Part shown: positions 45,441-58,565 of the stretch, piece by piece
How the letters are laid out: each line of letters begins with the position of its first letter
Position numbering within the stretch: position 1 is the stretch's first letter
Assembly: GCF_022045235.1 (NCBI RefSeq)
Contig: NW_027266264.1
Coordinates: forward strand, 23,374,001-23,438,000
DNA from: Haliotis cracherodii
Taxonomy: Eukaryota
Length of the DNA: 64,000 nt
Direction: 5' to 3'
Position numbers and translations under genes: made by a program
The notes under the pieces: generated by a model
Seen by the model: the letters and a program-made list of their open reading frames with translations, nothing else
Told to the model about the DNA's origin: nothing
Databases searched by the model: none

Positions 45441-47095
45441 TAAATTGTATGAGAACCAGCTGGCTATAGAAGGTGTTATAGTACCATCAAAGATACTATT
45501 TGTAGTCAAAAGTATTCATCCAAAAGGAAAGTCCGTTTGTATACAAGTTTTGTTGACTTTTCCAAAGCCTTTGACCCAGCACAGCATTTTCTGTTGTATT
45601 ATGTATTATTAAAAAGTGGTATATCAGTTAAAGTAGTTTTGAAGGCAATGTATTCGCCGCTACGTTCTTGTGTAAATACAAGTTATAGTTCAAGCGATTT
45701 TTACTGCAGTGTTGGAACAAGACAGGGTTGTATGGTAAGCCCTACGTTATTTTTTGTATTTAAATGACTTTACTGAAATGATCAAACAGTCTGACTGCAG
45801 ATGTATATATGTTGGCAATATATGATAAGCAAATATTTTGGTTTCTTTTTCTCAACGACTGAAAGATGTATCAAGTCAAATTTGACTTTGTTATCTACAT
45901 GGGAAAGTAAACTTAAGATTATGTGAACAGTGTAAATATGTGCTACAACCAGAACAGTTTGTTGTAAATAATAAGTGTCAGTTATGTAAATGCTTCAGGA
46001 CTAAGTTGATTGTACAAAGGCGGACCTCTCGTCAATATTTTGTTTGTAAATAGTTTGTTAATTATGGGCCGGATGGCCTACATTTCCGAAAAACAAAACA
46101 AAAAAAACCTGATCAATCAACTGTTGAGCAAGACTCGTATGGTGCTCTCTTAGATCTTCTTGGAAAGAGCATGCGACCATGAAAAAATGATCCTGTTACT
46201 TCTAAATAGAAAAAAGTCCTTCCTTTGTGGGCATTTCATCTGGTAAAGAATACTAACATTTAAAATTGACCTACAAACAGTTCATATAGCTTATTACTCG
46301 CGCCCGATAAAGATCGGTTATAATTACGTAACGCCAGAACCGGCATTCATTAGCACTGTTAACTATTGTGTTGTCTTTTGATACCGGCAAACTATTACAG
46401 TGCCGAATCCAGAAATCCATAGCTATTTGAAAATATTCCGATAATTCTCATTCACCATGTGTTTTTTTTTAAGTTTTATTTTAATTTTTTTTCTCAACTC
46501 CTGTCGGGTGATATTAGCTCTGTTCCTATTTTCCTATGCTAAACTAAACATTGAGCAAAGCATCCGCAAAATGTCTTCACGAATTTACCATGTAGTTATG
46601 TTGGAAGTTTGTCGATTTTAAACACCACAAAAAGGCAAACAGAAATATTTCCGGCGCAACGAAAGTTTTTTTTATCAATAAGCAAACCTTCTTGACAAAT
46701 TTATAAAAAAGGAATTGCACGCGTTCAATTGTATTTTCTTTCTATGCTAATACTAATGTGTTCAATTATTAAGAAAAGCGTGTCATTTAATACTTAATAC
46801 TTGTTTTAAAGTATTTATTAAATCTTACATTAGTCCAAATCTACCATAATGTAGGATGTACATATGGACTGAATTCTAAATATCAGTCAATTGACAGGTT
46901 TTGTTTGATTTCCATTCCCATAAAGCTCTGACTTGTAACCGTTCAAATAGAAAAACTAATCGTTAGGGTATGTGAAAAAATAATGCAGTATATATTCAAT
47001 GGGATAGCCACAAGCGCATGATTCGTTGTCTGAGGTGTGTGTTTCAAGCAGATGGAATTTTAAATCGCTACAACCGAGTTTGAGGCGATATGCAG

Positions 47096-47162
47096 GTGAG
47101 GTGAGGTGAAATTTGGTTTAACGTCGCGTCCAAGATTATTGCGCTTATATAGAGACGTGCAT

Positions 47163-47198
<36 letters not shown>

Positions 47199-47458
47199 CT
47201 GCTTGCACTAGTCCGGACTGATGCCGATGTATAGTGCTAGCACAGTGAGATACCATGCCGCAGTTTAACATGGATACCCCACTCAGACACAGTATACTGA
47301 CTCCGAGCCGACCAGTACTTGTTATAGCCCTTCAATGCCGAGCGCCAGGGTAACAACAAGTACCATCTTTTAACGTCTTTTGGTATGACGCGGCCGTGGA
47401 TCGAACCCCGGACCTTCCGATCTCCGGGCAGACGCTCTACCACTAGACCACGGAGGCG
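47096..47458 (-). mobile_element. tRNA-derived SINE family D (Meta/MESC-like), best copy, with internal (CA)n
   Basis: GTGGTCTAGTGGTAGAGCG (A box), GGTTCGATCC (B box), central CGTCATACCAAAAGACGTTAAAAGATGG...GGTCGGCTCGGAGTCAGTA, tail (CACCT)n. Confidence 0.88.
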
Positions 47459-47844
47459 GTCCATTATCTGACAGAATCTGGTACCATGGTTTATGTTCAA
47501 ATGTACATTTGTCACATTGACAATGCCATCGATGAAAACATTGAATGTTCGCTTAATGACCCAACACATATTCGTCCATATCGGCCATGTGGTTAGTCAA
47601 AACGGTCCTGCTAGCAGCGAGGAAAGCGAGGAAGATCTGCCGAGTGAAGACGATCAGTCTGATGTCAGCTCGGAAAGACTAAGGAACACAATCAGATGTT
47701 AAATGCTAACCTGACATTTCTAATTAAATAGACGATTATTAATTAAAAAATTCGTGTGGCAGTTATTCTTGTGTAAAAGCGACAAACCCCTTCCATATTC
47801 AGTAGAAATCTCTGCTAAAAGCAGAGTCGATTGTACGATTCCGA

Positions 47845-47990
47845 CAATTTTATGAGCATGTGTTTATGAATCACTATCAAATAGTGATGATACCAGGTGT
47901 TCGCGAAAAGATGAGCGTATCCTGCCCCACTGGTGGCACCATCACAAACACATGCAAAGGCAAGTCAATTGTTCACCTGAAATAACACGG
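47845..47990 (-). mobile_element. Penelope-like 3' tail fragment
   Basis: Reverse-complement homologue of ~9965-10100. Confidence 0.6.
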
Positions 47991-48260
47991 TGAACATGTG
48001 GTACAAGTCAAAACAGATAAAGCTAAACTTGTTTTACTGACAAATGAATGTTATGTATTTGTATTGTCTGGTGATGGTTGGTTCAGTTAATACTGCCGTG
48101 TATACGATTATAATATGTACATCACTGATCAATAGAGAGGTATTAGTGGCAGACATTTAGCCTACTACATGCACAGTGACTCTAATCGTCTTGTAAAAAA
48201 ACATCCATGATTATAACATGGACTACCATATATTAGAGAGAGACACAAACGAAGAATGAG

Positions 48261-48417
48261 TGAGTATGGTTTTACGCCGCCTTTAGCAATATTCCAGTAA
48301 TATCACGGCGGGGGACACCAGAAATGTGCTTCACACATTGTACCCATGTCGGGAATCGAACCCGGGTCTTAGGCGTGACGAGCGAACACTTTAACCACTA
48401 GGCTACCCGACCGCCCC
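48261..48417 (-). mobile_element. SINE family B, full length
   Basis: 14-bp TSD CAAACGAAGAATGA (48247-48260 and 48418-48431). Confidence 0.93.
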
Positions 48418-49272
48418 CAAACGAAGAATGAAATACATTTATTTAACAATAGATAAATGAAGTAAAACTGACAATATCCCATTAAAATACCTGTCGCATT
48501 ATACTTTCTCTGAAAAAGTCAAACAATAACTTATCCCAGATTTAGACAGATAATGACTGAAATAATCGCCGGTGGTGGATCCAGATTCAGGGGGTTAAAC
48601 ACCCCCCACCCCAAAACCCCAAACTTCATCCTTCTGAAATCCACAACCAGTGAAAACGTCACTCCCCACCAAGGGTAGAAACTGGATCTGGCTCTGATTA
48701 ATCATAATCGATAATAAACACGTATCCAATCAAACTGACACACAAATACTTTTTTCATATTTGATATTTATCCTAAAAGCATTCCCGAGGCAAATACATG
48801 TACTTGATATTTTGTTCTATTTTTCATCTTTATTTATATCATCTATCCGGTTTTCATACAAAAAGGCCTATATAATGTGCGTGTTGGTGAGAAGTAAGGT
48901 GTTTTAAATACTAGTTTAAAATGAGGACTCAATCAGTTTCAGGGCTTACATATACTGGGCATAGAGATTCTCAACTTTCAAGTCTGGATTATTAAAGGCG
49001 TCCCAAAAATGAGACTGCCAGACTCCTTTTGGTACGCGGGATTTAGGGGTGTATTTAGAGGCATGCATGGCATAACATATCTGTCATTATAAATCCTGTT
49101 GTCACGTCTGCCAGACACAACAGCAGGCTTGAAATTGCAACATCTTAATCTAGAATTGTATGTTCTCAAATGTTGACGAAGGTGACAGATGCTTAAATAC
49201 TAAGAAGGATTTAAACTGGTTGTAGTAAAAACACTTATGACTTGCATGGACGGATGATTGCCATGACAGAGA

Positions 49273-49539
49273 ATTGGTTGGTTTGTTGTTTAACGCCGCA
49301 CTCAGCAATATTCCAGCTATATGGCGGCGGTCTGTAAAATAATCGTGTCTGCGCCAGACAATCCAGTGATTGACCTCATGAGCATCGATCCACGCAATTG
49401 GGATCGATGACATGCATCAACCAAGTCAGCGAGCCTGACCACCCGATCCCGTTAGTCGCCTTTTACGATAAGCATAGTCGTCTTTTACGGCAAGTATGGG
49501 TTGCTGAAGACCTATTCTACCCCGGAATCTTCGCGGGTC
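49273..49539 (-). mobile_element. SINE family A, full length, inserted in a LINE 3' fragment (~49060-49700, -)
   Basis: Complete family A copy; the flanks read RQRFHDNLSQS|WQSSVHAS, homologous to 30260-30420. Confidence 0.9.
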
Positions 49540-49894
49540 TGACTGAGAGAGATTATCATGAAATCTTTGCCTAGAAAGTGCAACGAATGCTGCATGGTTT
49601 CCTATTTCTTGACTACTCGAGGCAATGGTAAAAAATCCAAACAGATTATTTTTATGTTTTGCACATGTCTTAAGGCTAAAATGATGATGTAGTGTGTCTC
49701 GCATCCTTAATACTTTCTACAGTACATGTAGTCAAATCAAATTAGGTACAGCCCTTTGGCTAATTACCATGGCCAGTGATTTGTTACTACACGTTTTTCA
49801 ACATTTCTCTGAAATCAAGTGTAGCTACAGACAATAAAGTACTATGTAAAGCCTGATAAACCTGTCAAAATATGTTGTTGATGTCACTCATGTA

Positions 49895-50870
49895 TACTCA
49901 CACGCAAAAGAAATGCAAGTCGAGTATGCAGTATACATGTTATTTATTTTCAACAGTAAAGACAAGAAATACTAATAGGGCAAGATTGACAAAAATTTGA
50001 CTGAAGACAGTTTAATGGATTAAAAGGCAGATGACATAATTGTTGTTTTTTTCAAATGTTAAGGGCTTACACAGTTTCGGGTCGATACCCAAAATGACAG
50101 TCAATACCTGGTGTGACCACCATTAGCATTGATTACTGCCACACATCTTCTGTACATTGAGTGGATAAGACGATTTGTGAAGGCCCTAGGGGTCCTCCTG
50201 CACACATCCAGAGCAGCTGTGCGTAGTTCATCGGCAGTTCATCGCACATTGTGCAGACGCCTTTGAACCTCATTCCACAAGTGTTCGATGGGTTCAGATC
50301 AGGGCTGAGGGCTGGCCACGGTAGAACACGGAGGTTGTGTTGTTGCAGAAAGACCATGGTAGCTCTTGCAACATGGGTACGAGCGTTGTCCTGCTGGAAA
50401 ATGTGTTGTTGATGTTGTGGAAAGAAATGGAACAAGGTGGGGTCTGATCACTTGGTCGATATACCGCTGAGCAGTGACGCCGTGTCCCCGACCTTAACCA
50501 ACATTCAGAAAGCACATGGGTCCATGTCTCGCATTAAGTCCAATCCCTGCCCATATCATGACGCTAGGTCCTCCCCATGGATCTCTTTTCCTAAACGTTT
50601 CTGTCAGCGAAACGATCACCTCGACGCCGCCAAATTCTGACTCTTCCGTCTGCATGGGAGACTTTCATCAGAGAAGATGACACGCCTCCACTCACGATGA
50701 CGCCAACTGCGATGACCCTGTGCCCACTGAAGTCGAGCTTGTTGATGCCGTGGTTGGAGAACAGGAAGGCGTGCTGGTCGGCGACATCTGAGGTTGTTGT
50801 AACGGAGACGTCGGTCCAAGAATCGGCCACAGTTTTATACCCACTACAGTTCGTGACAGTTCGTGCCCTG
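49895..50870 (-). mobile_element. Tc1-family transposon relic (frameshifted DDE transposase, 3' end)
   Basis: RCRRP...RLQWAQ.H..W...WRRVIFSDES; FQQDNARTH; VLPWPALSPDLNP. Confidence 0.9.
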
Positions 50871-51829
50871 AGTTCCTGTCCTGGCCACCTGACTCAAGTT
50901 AGTAATTAGAGTGCCTAGAACTTCTGTTCCCTGTCCCCACTGGGTCCAAGTGAAGGAATCTCATCCTGCTAAGTGGTTTTCTCTTTACCAGAGAGATACT
51001 TAGATGGAGGGTAAATATCGTCACCATGGACAGGACGATTGGCCTTGCTGTTTCACCTCTTCATAGTTGAATCTGAGACACATTGCAAAGTCACATCATG
51101 GCCTCGCAAAATAACTCACCATCTATCATAATTTGTAAATAAATTCGTTAAATTCTGTAAGGTGTATGGTCTTTGTTACACAGTGGTTTGCTCAGTGATA
51201 TGCTCTCCATTAGCTGTGCTCAAGATCAACTATTATCCCGACCCTCACTGCAGCCTCATGTGTCACATGCTGCATTCGTCACTTGTTCCAGTTGGTGAGC
51301 ATGTTGACCTGTGGAATTAAAGGACAAACATCCCTACTTTGGACAGTGGAAGCCACCAGCGTTACTTCCACGTGTTATATAGAATGAGACTATTTTATGG
51401 AGAATATAAAACCAAATTGAAGCTTAAAACGAACTGTAAAGGTTAAAATACAAGACAATTTAAAAAACAAAATCTCCTCGATGCAATATTAATGTGAGGT
51501 TTGTAATTCTTACTTTTATAATTATCGGAGGATTTATTTGTGCTAAGCTGTTTGTTTCTCTCTTCTGGAATTAAAAATGCTTCGTCCGTTCGGCGCGGCC
51601 GCTGGCCATTAATCATCAGCTGTCACCATTTTGCATGGTCCAGGAAAAGGGCCAGAGCTGACCCCGTAAATGAAATGGTGACTTCAAGCGGCGAACTCTC
51701 TGCTCAGACCGGAGCAAATTCGAACCACTGAAGGATATTGTGTATAAAGTGCAACACAACTAAAGTTATAACTTACAAAACATTTTGTTTACGTATCATA
51801 TCATAATTTACATAATTTAGATAACTACA

Positions 51830-51962
51830 GGCCTGTGAAGATCCGGTGTAGAATATATCTTCAACCCATGCTTGTCCTAAAAGGCGGCTAACGGGGTCGG
51901 GTGGTCAGACTCGCAGACTTGGTTGATGCATGTCATCGTATGCCAATTGCTTGGATCGATGG
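51830..51962 (+). mobile_element. SINE family A, 5' half
   Basis: CCTGTGAAGATCCGGTGTAGAATA...GGGTGGTCAGACTCGC. Confidence 0.8.
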
Positions 51963-52249
51963 TAAATGTTTCATTATTTACACGATATATCGTGCATATT
52001 ATGGTTAATGTTCTGTTATTTACACGATGTCGTGCATATTGTGATAAATTGTCTGTTATTTACACGATGTCGTCCACCCTTGCCACATGAAGCCCACTTT
52101 CCAGTGCTACATGTGATTGGTCTATCGTTAGTCCAATCAGAGAAGATTTAATAAAATCAACACACGGATGACGTCAACATGGCCGCTGCCATATAGCTTG
52201 TCGAATTTGTGCCTTTCAACAATTAAGTGAAGACAAGTATTTTGTAAGT

Positions 52250-55200
52250 CTTTCCAACTTTAAAATCAATTCACCCAAGTACTGTGCTTGTATGCGGTCC
52301 GATGAAGAGAGCAGTCGTTAAACACGACTTGTACGCATTCGTATGAAAGTGATTTACCTCTGCCTGTCTTTGATGACACGAATATTTCTTTTGTCTGTCA
52401 GGGATGAGCATGTACCTAGTGTGGTCTATCTGTATGGTGTGCAGAACCTAGGGACCCAAGTGGTGAGACCCTGAACGCTGCTGACTGAGATGTCACGTAG
52501 ATAGTGGAAAGCGAAAACAGTGTCAGAATACCAACAATAACCCTTACTGATGGCGGACATAGTGCAGTTGCCGTCTAAAGGCCATGGTAGAGGCGACGGC
52601 TCTAGTCTCATGTGGAGTGGTGAAGTGGGATGAAGGGTCATGCAACATCGAGGTAGATGCGGAAAGCCATAACCGAGGAGACGTCTTCATTGTCATCTGG
52701 GTTCAGGTGACATTGTGTATCCTGTGAATGTGTCTCGCTTGAACCAGAATGTGCAGGGAGTCGATAAACCGGTAGAAGTCGAGCGTTAGTGACAAGAGGG
52801 ACGCCGACAGGCTACTGATAGATTGTCCGACATGAGTTCGAAATGAGTCGTGACATGAGTCGTGATGCACGAAAGATCTTTGACCAGTTGGATACAGCCA
52901 AAATGACCACCTTGAAGTCGAGGGTGTTGACGTGGAGTCTCTTTTCATCGACGGACAAGCGCCCTGCCATCTGTAGATAATGGAAGTGAGCTGAACAGCC
53001 TACAGTCGAGGCGTCAACGAAGAGGTGTCTGGTCGTGATAAACGGTTGCCAAGAGGTTCAGGATGATATTGAAAGAAAGTATTGATAGCGATCTACTAAA
53101 CAGCCAGGAGAGGGATATAGGTAGAAGCAAAATCGACCTGCTGCAGAAATTCGAACCAAAGGGCTGTCAGTAGGGGAGGAATCTCGAGGATGAGAAATGG
53201 AAGTCGACTTCGATCCTGATGTCACTCACGAGGTGGCGTATAGCAATGATAATCAGACATAAAAAAGTAATCCGGGTATGATGGGTATCAATGGTGACGG
53301 TGGGCGATGCGTGAGCATAGACTCACATGTGACGGTATCGATCCATAGGGGAGGGGTACTTATACCAGCTGCAAAGACGATCCCTTTAAACGTCACGTTG
53401 ATGTCGATCCCCTGATGAATGTCAATAGCCATGTCGTTGTGGGTCTGAGTCAAAAGATTAAGAACGGTCCGACCTTGATGGTGATCGAAGCATCCTGTAG
53501 CGAAAGATCGATCTCGCTCTTAAATGTAGGATTGATCTGATGAACAATATGGATCCAGATCCTTGATGTATTGCGTTCAGCATTTTATCAGTCTTCAGAT
53601 CTTGAGATCGATGTAAATCTGTATGATGTCGATCCCTATACTATCTATCCCTCTAACGTTGAACCTTCGAATGCTGATGTCAATCCTGGTCAGAGGGATG
53701 TGATCTATTTCGACTAATCCTTTCTGTAGGTGAAGGGAGAGCGAAGATGTGGCATCGAAGTCTACCAGGGTCGATACTACAGCAGGCGTCTGGGGAGAGA
53801 CTGTGGCCTGATGGCCTATTAAGTGAGTACTAAATCATCTCTCAGGGGAGGAGCGGGGGGTGACGGACGACTCAAAGCTGAGGATCGGATTGGTGCATGG
53901 GGGGAATGCTGGATGGGTTGGAAGCAGGAGTTGTCGCAATTGTTGAGCAAATATCGGCTTAATAACAGGCATGCAGGTGACAGTGGACAGCTTAGTTTTG
54001 ACTGGAACATTGTGTAGAAAGTTGTAGATATATGTCATCTTCAGCTTGTGAGGTCATTCGTGAGAAGGTCGATCCCTTAAACATAGATCTTGTGAGTGTC
54101 GATCCCGAGAATGTCGACCCGTAGATCTGGAAAGTCGATCCCTTAAATGTTGATCCATTGATCTTTATCCTGAGATTGTTGAAGCTCCCATTAGATGAGG
54201 TGGGGGAATTCTGATGACATCTGGGCGACGCAGTAGAAACATCCGGTTGAATATCTGCTGCAGATCCAGGAGGAACAAACAGAGTGGATGTCGACGAGGG
54301 AGTCAAAGTGTCATGAGGCTGCACTATCGGCTGACCGGAACGGTGCTGTAGGGCAAAGTCACACCATGCATGAGCATTTCAAAGCCCGGATAAGAAATAC
54401 TAATCTGGTCACGAAGATGGAGGGACCTCCATAATAAGAGATGACACCGCTGGGACGGAGACGGAGCCTGCGACGTGGATCTACTGGGAGAGTCGACAAT
54501 CCATCTGCCGAAACTTGACAGTATTCATCCTCTGAATGATGGCAATCATCATGTCGAGGAGAAGTGGTCTGTGACGAATCTGTAGCTCCATTGCGAGGTC
54601 AATCAGTAAAGCGAGGATCCTGAATTCGGTCCCACAGACATTGATCATGTGAGTGTCGATGCCAAGAGCGGCAACCCGCAGATCTAGAACGTTGATCCTT
54701 GGAACGTCAATCCTGAGAGCTTCGATCCTTCATCTTTGAGGAATCACATAGATCCTTGTCTGGGGTACGACAGCGATCCTGGCTTCATCGTCCCTTACAT
54801 CGATATCGTCACCATCAAGTTTGGAGTGGCTCTGTCCTGAGACGAAGCCGTCAGTTCAGCAACGACTGGAACATCTTGTGGAGGAGCTGGGGATGATAAG
54901 CGGCTTGCAGTGGAGGGGAAAGCCGGCTTAGTGACCCATTTGCGCTCCTTGGTAGAGGAAGGCCCCTCTTCCACGTCTTTGCAGTTTGACAACAGGTTAA
55001 CATCACATTTGTTGCATTTGTATAGGCACTGGAAACATTTTTTGTCTATAGAGCAACGGCCGTGACAATCACAGTAGTGATGATGAGGATCAGCAGTTCA
55101 GTAGGTACGTCTGTAATGTGGACAACCTGGGCGTTTATCATGTCCTGTACCCATCCTCACAATTAGTTTCATAAAGGTTGATACGAATAAGAAGGTAGTC

Positions 55201-55410
55201 TATGCACACACAAAAATGTATTCTCTAAATTTCAAGACACATCTCCACAGTGTGGCAATAATAAGGAGAATGATGTGGTAGGGGTAGTCAGGTGATAAAA
55301 TCATGTAAGCTCACAACACAAGATTACAGTGGGTGACCCACTTGCTTTGGTGGTGACCATGGTGATGCTGAGATTTGTTCGGGTGAATTGTTTTTAGAAG
55401 CTGGAAACTT
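52250..55410 (-). mobile_element. Degenerate, internally deleted DIRS-type (tyrosine recombinase) retrotransposon
   Basis: Cys/His-rich gag start (~55100-55010); RNase H LFVDAS.VG.SAH...EKRLHVNTLDFK and LVQARHIH..HNV; YR C-terminus TPHETRAVAS.MAF...W.SDTVFAFHYLRD; inverted end repeats TTTCCA.CTT..AAA.CAATTCACCC at ~52251 and ~55381-55408. Confidence 0.8.
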
Positions 55411-55866
55411 TGTTAAAGCACATTCCCGTTCCACATAAGGATCAAAAGATGAAGGAAATTCATGCTGCTAACAGTATATCAAAGTTATGTTACAGTGTCT
55501 GGACAAAAAGGACAAAGTCCTCTACTCAAAATTGAAGAAAAAAAAATTCTGGAATTTCTAATGGATGGGTGAGATTTTGTGGCAGGATTTACCATGGGCT
55601 GTGGAAAGTCCCTGTTGATTATATTTACTTCACAAAGATCACAAATTTCCAGGCAAAATACAACTTTCTGACAAATGCAAACTAATAAATGGCTGTTTAA
55701 CAGTTATAGTATGATAACGAAGATCACAGAATTTACGTTTCATCTATTGTTTAAACATAATAATTGATAAAATTGAGTTCTCAGAACAAATTATGGTTTT
55801 ACGTTGATAAAATATTACATGTTACAACCAATGGTTGAACATCAACAACTGTAAGTATAAGGCTTG

Positions 55867-58565
55867 TGTCATAGCTTGTGTCTGAAGTACATTTGACTCA
55901 AAAGGCAAATTACCCTGTAGCCATGTCTCCATAACTTAATTGTCATTACGTTTTAGGCGCTAATCCCCGTTGTTAATCCTCACCAACATTTCATTGTATA
56001 GTGACTGTCATTCAGCCTGGACTACCATATCACTTCCCTTTAACTACTGCTTTTTATGGTATGGCATTTATTGCCCTAATTGATCATCCCATGAACTGTG
56101 TTGGTTAATCACGCCCATATGTCCAATGTCCAAAGCAATGTCATTGTCTCTTTGTCTGTCCATTGTTGTTCATTACTATATATGTGCTACCATTTCACTT
56201 TTACTTGGGTGTTAGTCAGGCTTGGTATTCCGAGTGCTGGCATCGGGACATCCTCGAGCAATTTCTTAGGAAACGCCCTGAGGTGAGCTGGAGCTCCACT
56301 CACCTCTTGTACGCCTGAGCTGGAAGGTCCGCTCATCGATGTGTTTGTGTTGTCAGAGCAGGTATTCCGCTCATTGTGCAGTTGTTGTTTATTGTTTACA
56401 TGTTGTGCATAAAGCGTTCCGGGACAGTGATGTTGAAGTTCTCCTTTATTCCCCCAAGAGCTAATTCCCCGTCAACATGCGCGTTGACAACTAGTGGAGA
56501 ATCCGGGTAGAGTAACTTTTGAGTTTACTCCCGATCCAGTTACCTCTTATATATGCCTACCATCCTGAAGAACAATCATCAACCCAAGCCCTGAAGAGCA
56601 AACAAACAAGATTGAAGAAAACAACAACAACTTCTCCGATGCCAACTTTCCTGATTAAATTTCCCATTCAGGATTTTGTTCATACACAGGACCAAAGAAG
56701 TATACACGGCTATCCCAAAGCCATCATCATGCAGACCCTGCACAATACAGAAGCCGCCTCACGGGCACCTACAAGATATTTCATTGGGACTTACTAATTT
56801 GTGTCTACTAACATGGACTCAATCAAGGATAAATATTGTGTGACTGTTGAATAGTGCAACCAGATATGTTTGATCAAAGCCAGTATATTAATGCCAAAAC
56901 GTGTCTTTCCAAAATTATTTTTTATATGTGCAATATACTCCAATTCCATGTTTAGTCAAGCTAGATCTTTGAAGTTATTGTGTAGGGAGTCTTGGAAATG
57001 TCTCAAGGCCACGCCAGACATATAGATACAGCTAGGGCCCAGACAAACCTCAGCTGTAGGGTTATCGAGTCACACCTGAAAGTTAGACTTGTAATTTCAA
57101 AAATCTAAACAACCAAATTTGTCATTTGTTACAAGTTTTTAATGTGCACAATTTGATAGAAAATTTAATGTATTGTCTTGGACTTTGAATTCAGATTAGG
57201 GATAATCTTAGGTAAGCCACCCTCACACATGTATATTGTATGTCAGTATTAAGTAATTATCAGCACAGCAGTATTCAGCATTTCAGAGTTTTGATGTCGG
57301 AATTAAGGATTATTATTTTCCTTGGGCATAGCACCCACAACATGGGCAAGCTCGGTAAAAGACACGGGAAGAGCACCCATTGTACTTAAAAGGGCAAACG
57401 TACCCACAAGTATCGCTTGAGTCGCGCGATAAGTTGGACTCCTGGTTTAAAATTTCTTTATGCGAAATAGTTGTTGAGATGTTTAATTCGTACTTTTTAT
57501 GACATTACTCATTAATATTATTTGGTACTGAGTCGCACTGCCAAGCCAGACTCCTGAATTCAAAGAACCTTCGGTGATATATTTATTGAATCTGTGCAAA
57601 GTTGCATTACCTCGTAGTGAAATTGCACATTACAAAGAATACTTGGTTGATGTAACAAATGCTATATTTGTTATATCGTTGTGTGTTCAATACTTGGTTA
57701 GTTTTCAAACTGGCACTAAATCAAACTGGCTAGATGATCACTTTCATACCGTCATTGGATAGGTACATGTGCACACGTATTTCAACAATATCCTGAACTC
57801 ATCTAACTGATTATGTTAACATTTTGCACTGTTGTTTTTGTTGGTAAAAACGTGTCACACATATCAATTTGGACTCATGAAAGCTTGGGGTCCAAGCTTC
57901 ACGGAACAGAGGGAAGTTGTCATAGAGACTGATTTATGACTACCATTGTCTGAAGTACATTTGACTCCAAAGGCAAATTACCCTGTAGCCATGTTTCCAT
58001 AACTTAATTGTCATTACGTTTTAGGCGCTAATCCCCGTTGTTAATCCTCACCAACATTTCATTGTATATTGACTGTCAGTCAGCCTGGACTACCATATCA
58101 CTTCCCTTTAACTACTTCTTTTTATAGTATGGCATTTATTGCCCTAATTGATCATCCCATGAACTGTGTTGGTTAATCACGTCCATATCTCCAGTGTCCA
58201 AAGCAATGTCATTGTGTCTTTGTCTGTCCATTGTTGTTCATTACTATATATTTGCTACCATTACACAGTTAATTGGGTGTTAGTCAGGCTTGGTATTCCG
58301 AGTGCTGGCATAGGGACGACCTCGAGCAGGATGTGCCGCTCGTAGGAAACGCCCTGAGGTGAGCTGGAGCTCCACTCACCTCTTGTACGCCTGAGCTGGA
58401 AGGTCCGCTCTTCGCTGTGTTTGTGTTGTCAGAACAGGTATTCCGCTCATTGTGCAGTTGTTGTTTATTTTTTACATGTTGTGCATAAAGCGTTCCGGGA
58501 CAGTGATGTCGAGGTTCTCCTTTATTCCCCCAAGAGCTAGTTCCCCGTCAACATGCGCGTTGACA
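55867..58565 (+). mobile_element. Complete non-autonomous LTR retrotransposon (TRIM/LARD-like)
   Basis: LTRs 55867-56489 and 57918-58565 (TGTCA...TGACA), 4-bp TSD CTTG, tRNA-Ala-like PBS TAGTGGAGAATCCGGGTA (~56492), PPT GGAACAGAGGGAAG (57903-57916), no gag/pol ORF inside. Confidence 0.92.

Larger units (their letters stand above)
43800..46110 (+). mobile_element. Heavily decayed LINE (endonuclease and RT remnants) interrupted by SINE A dimers
   Basis: FLAGDVNART, SGKSILDLC, NNFRGISLL, FVDFSKAFD, GTRQGCMVSP; A-rich end near 46090. Confidence 0.75.
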
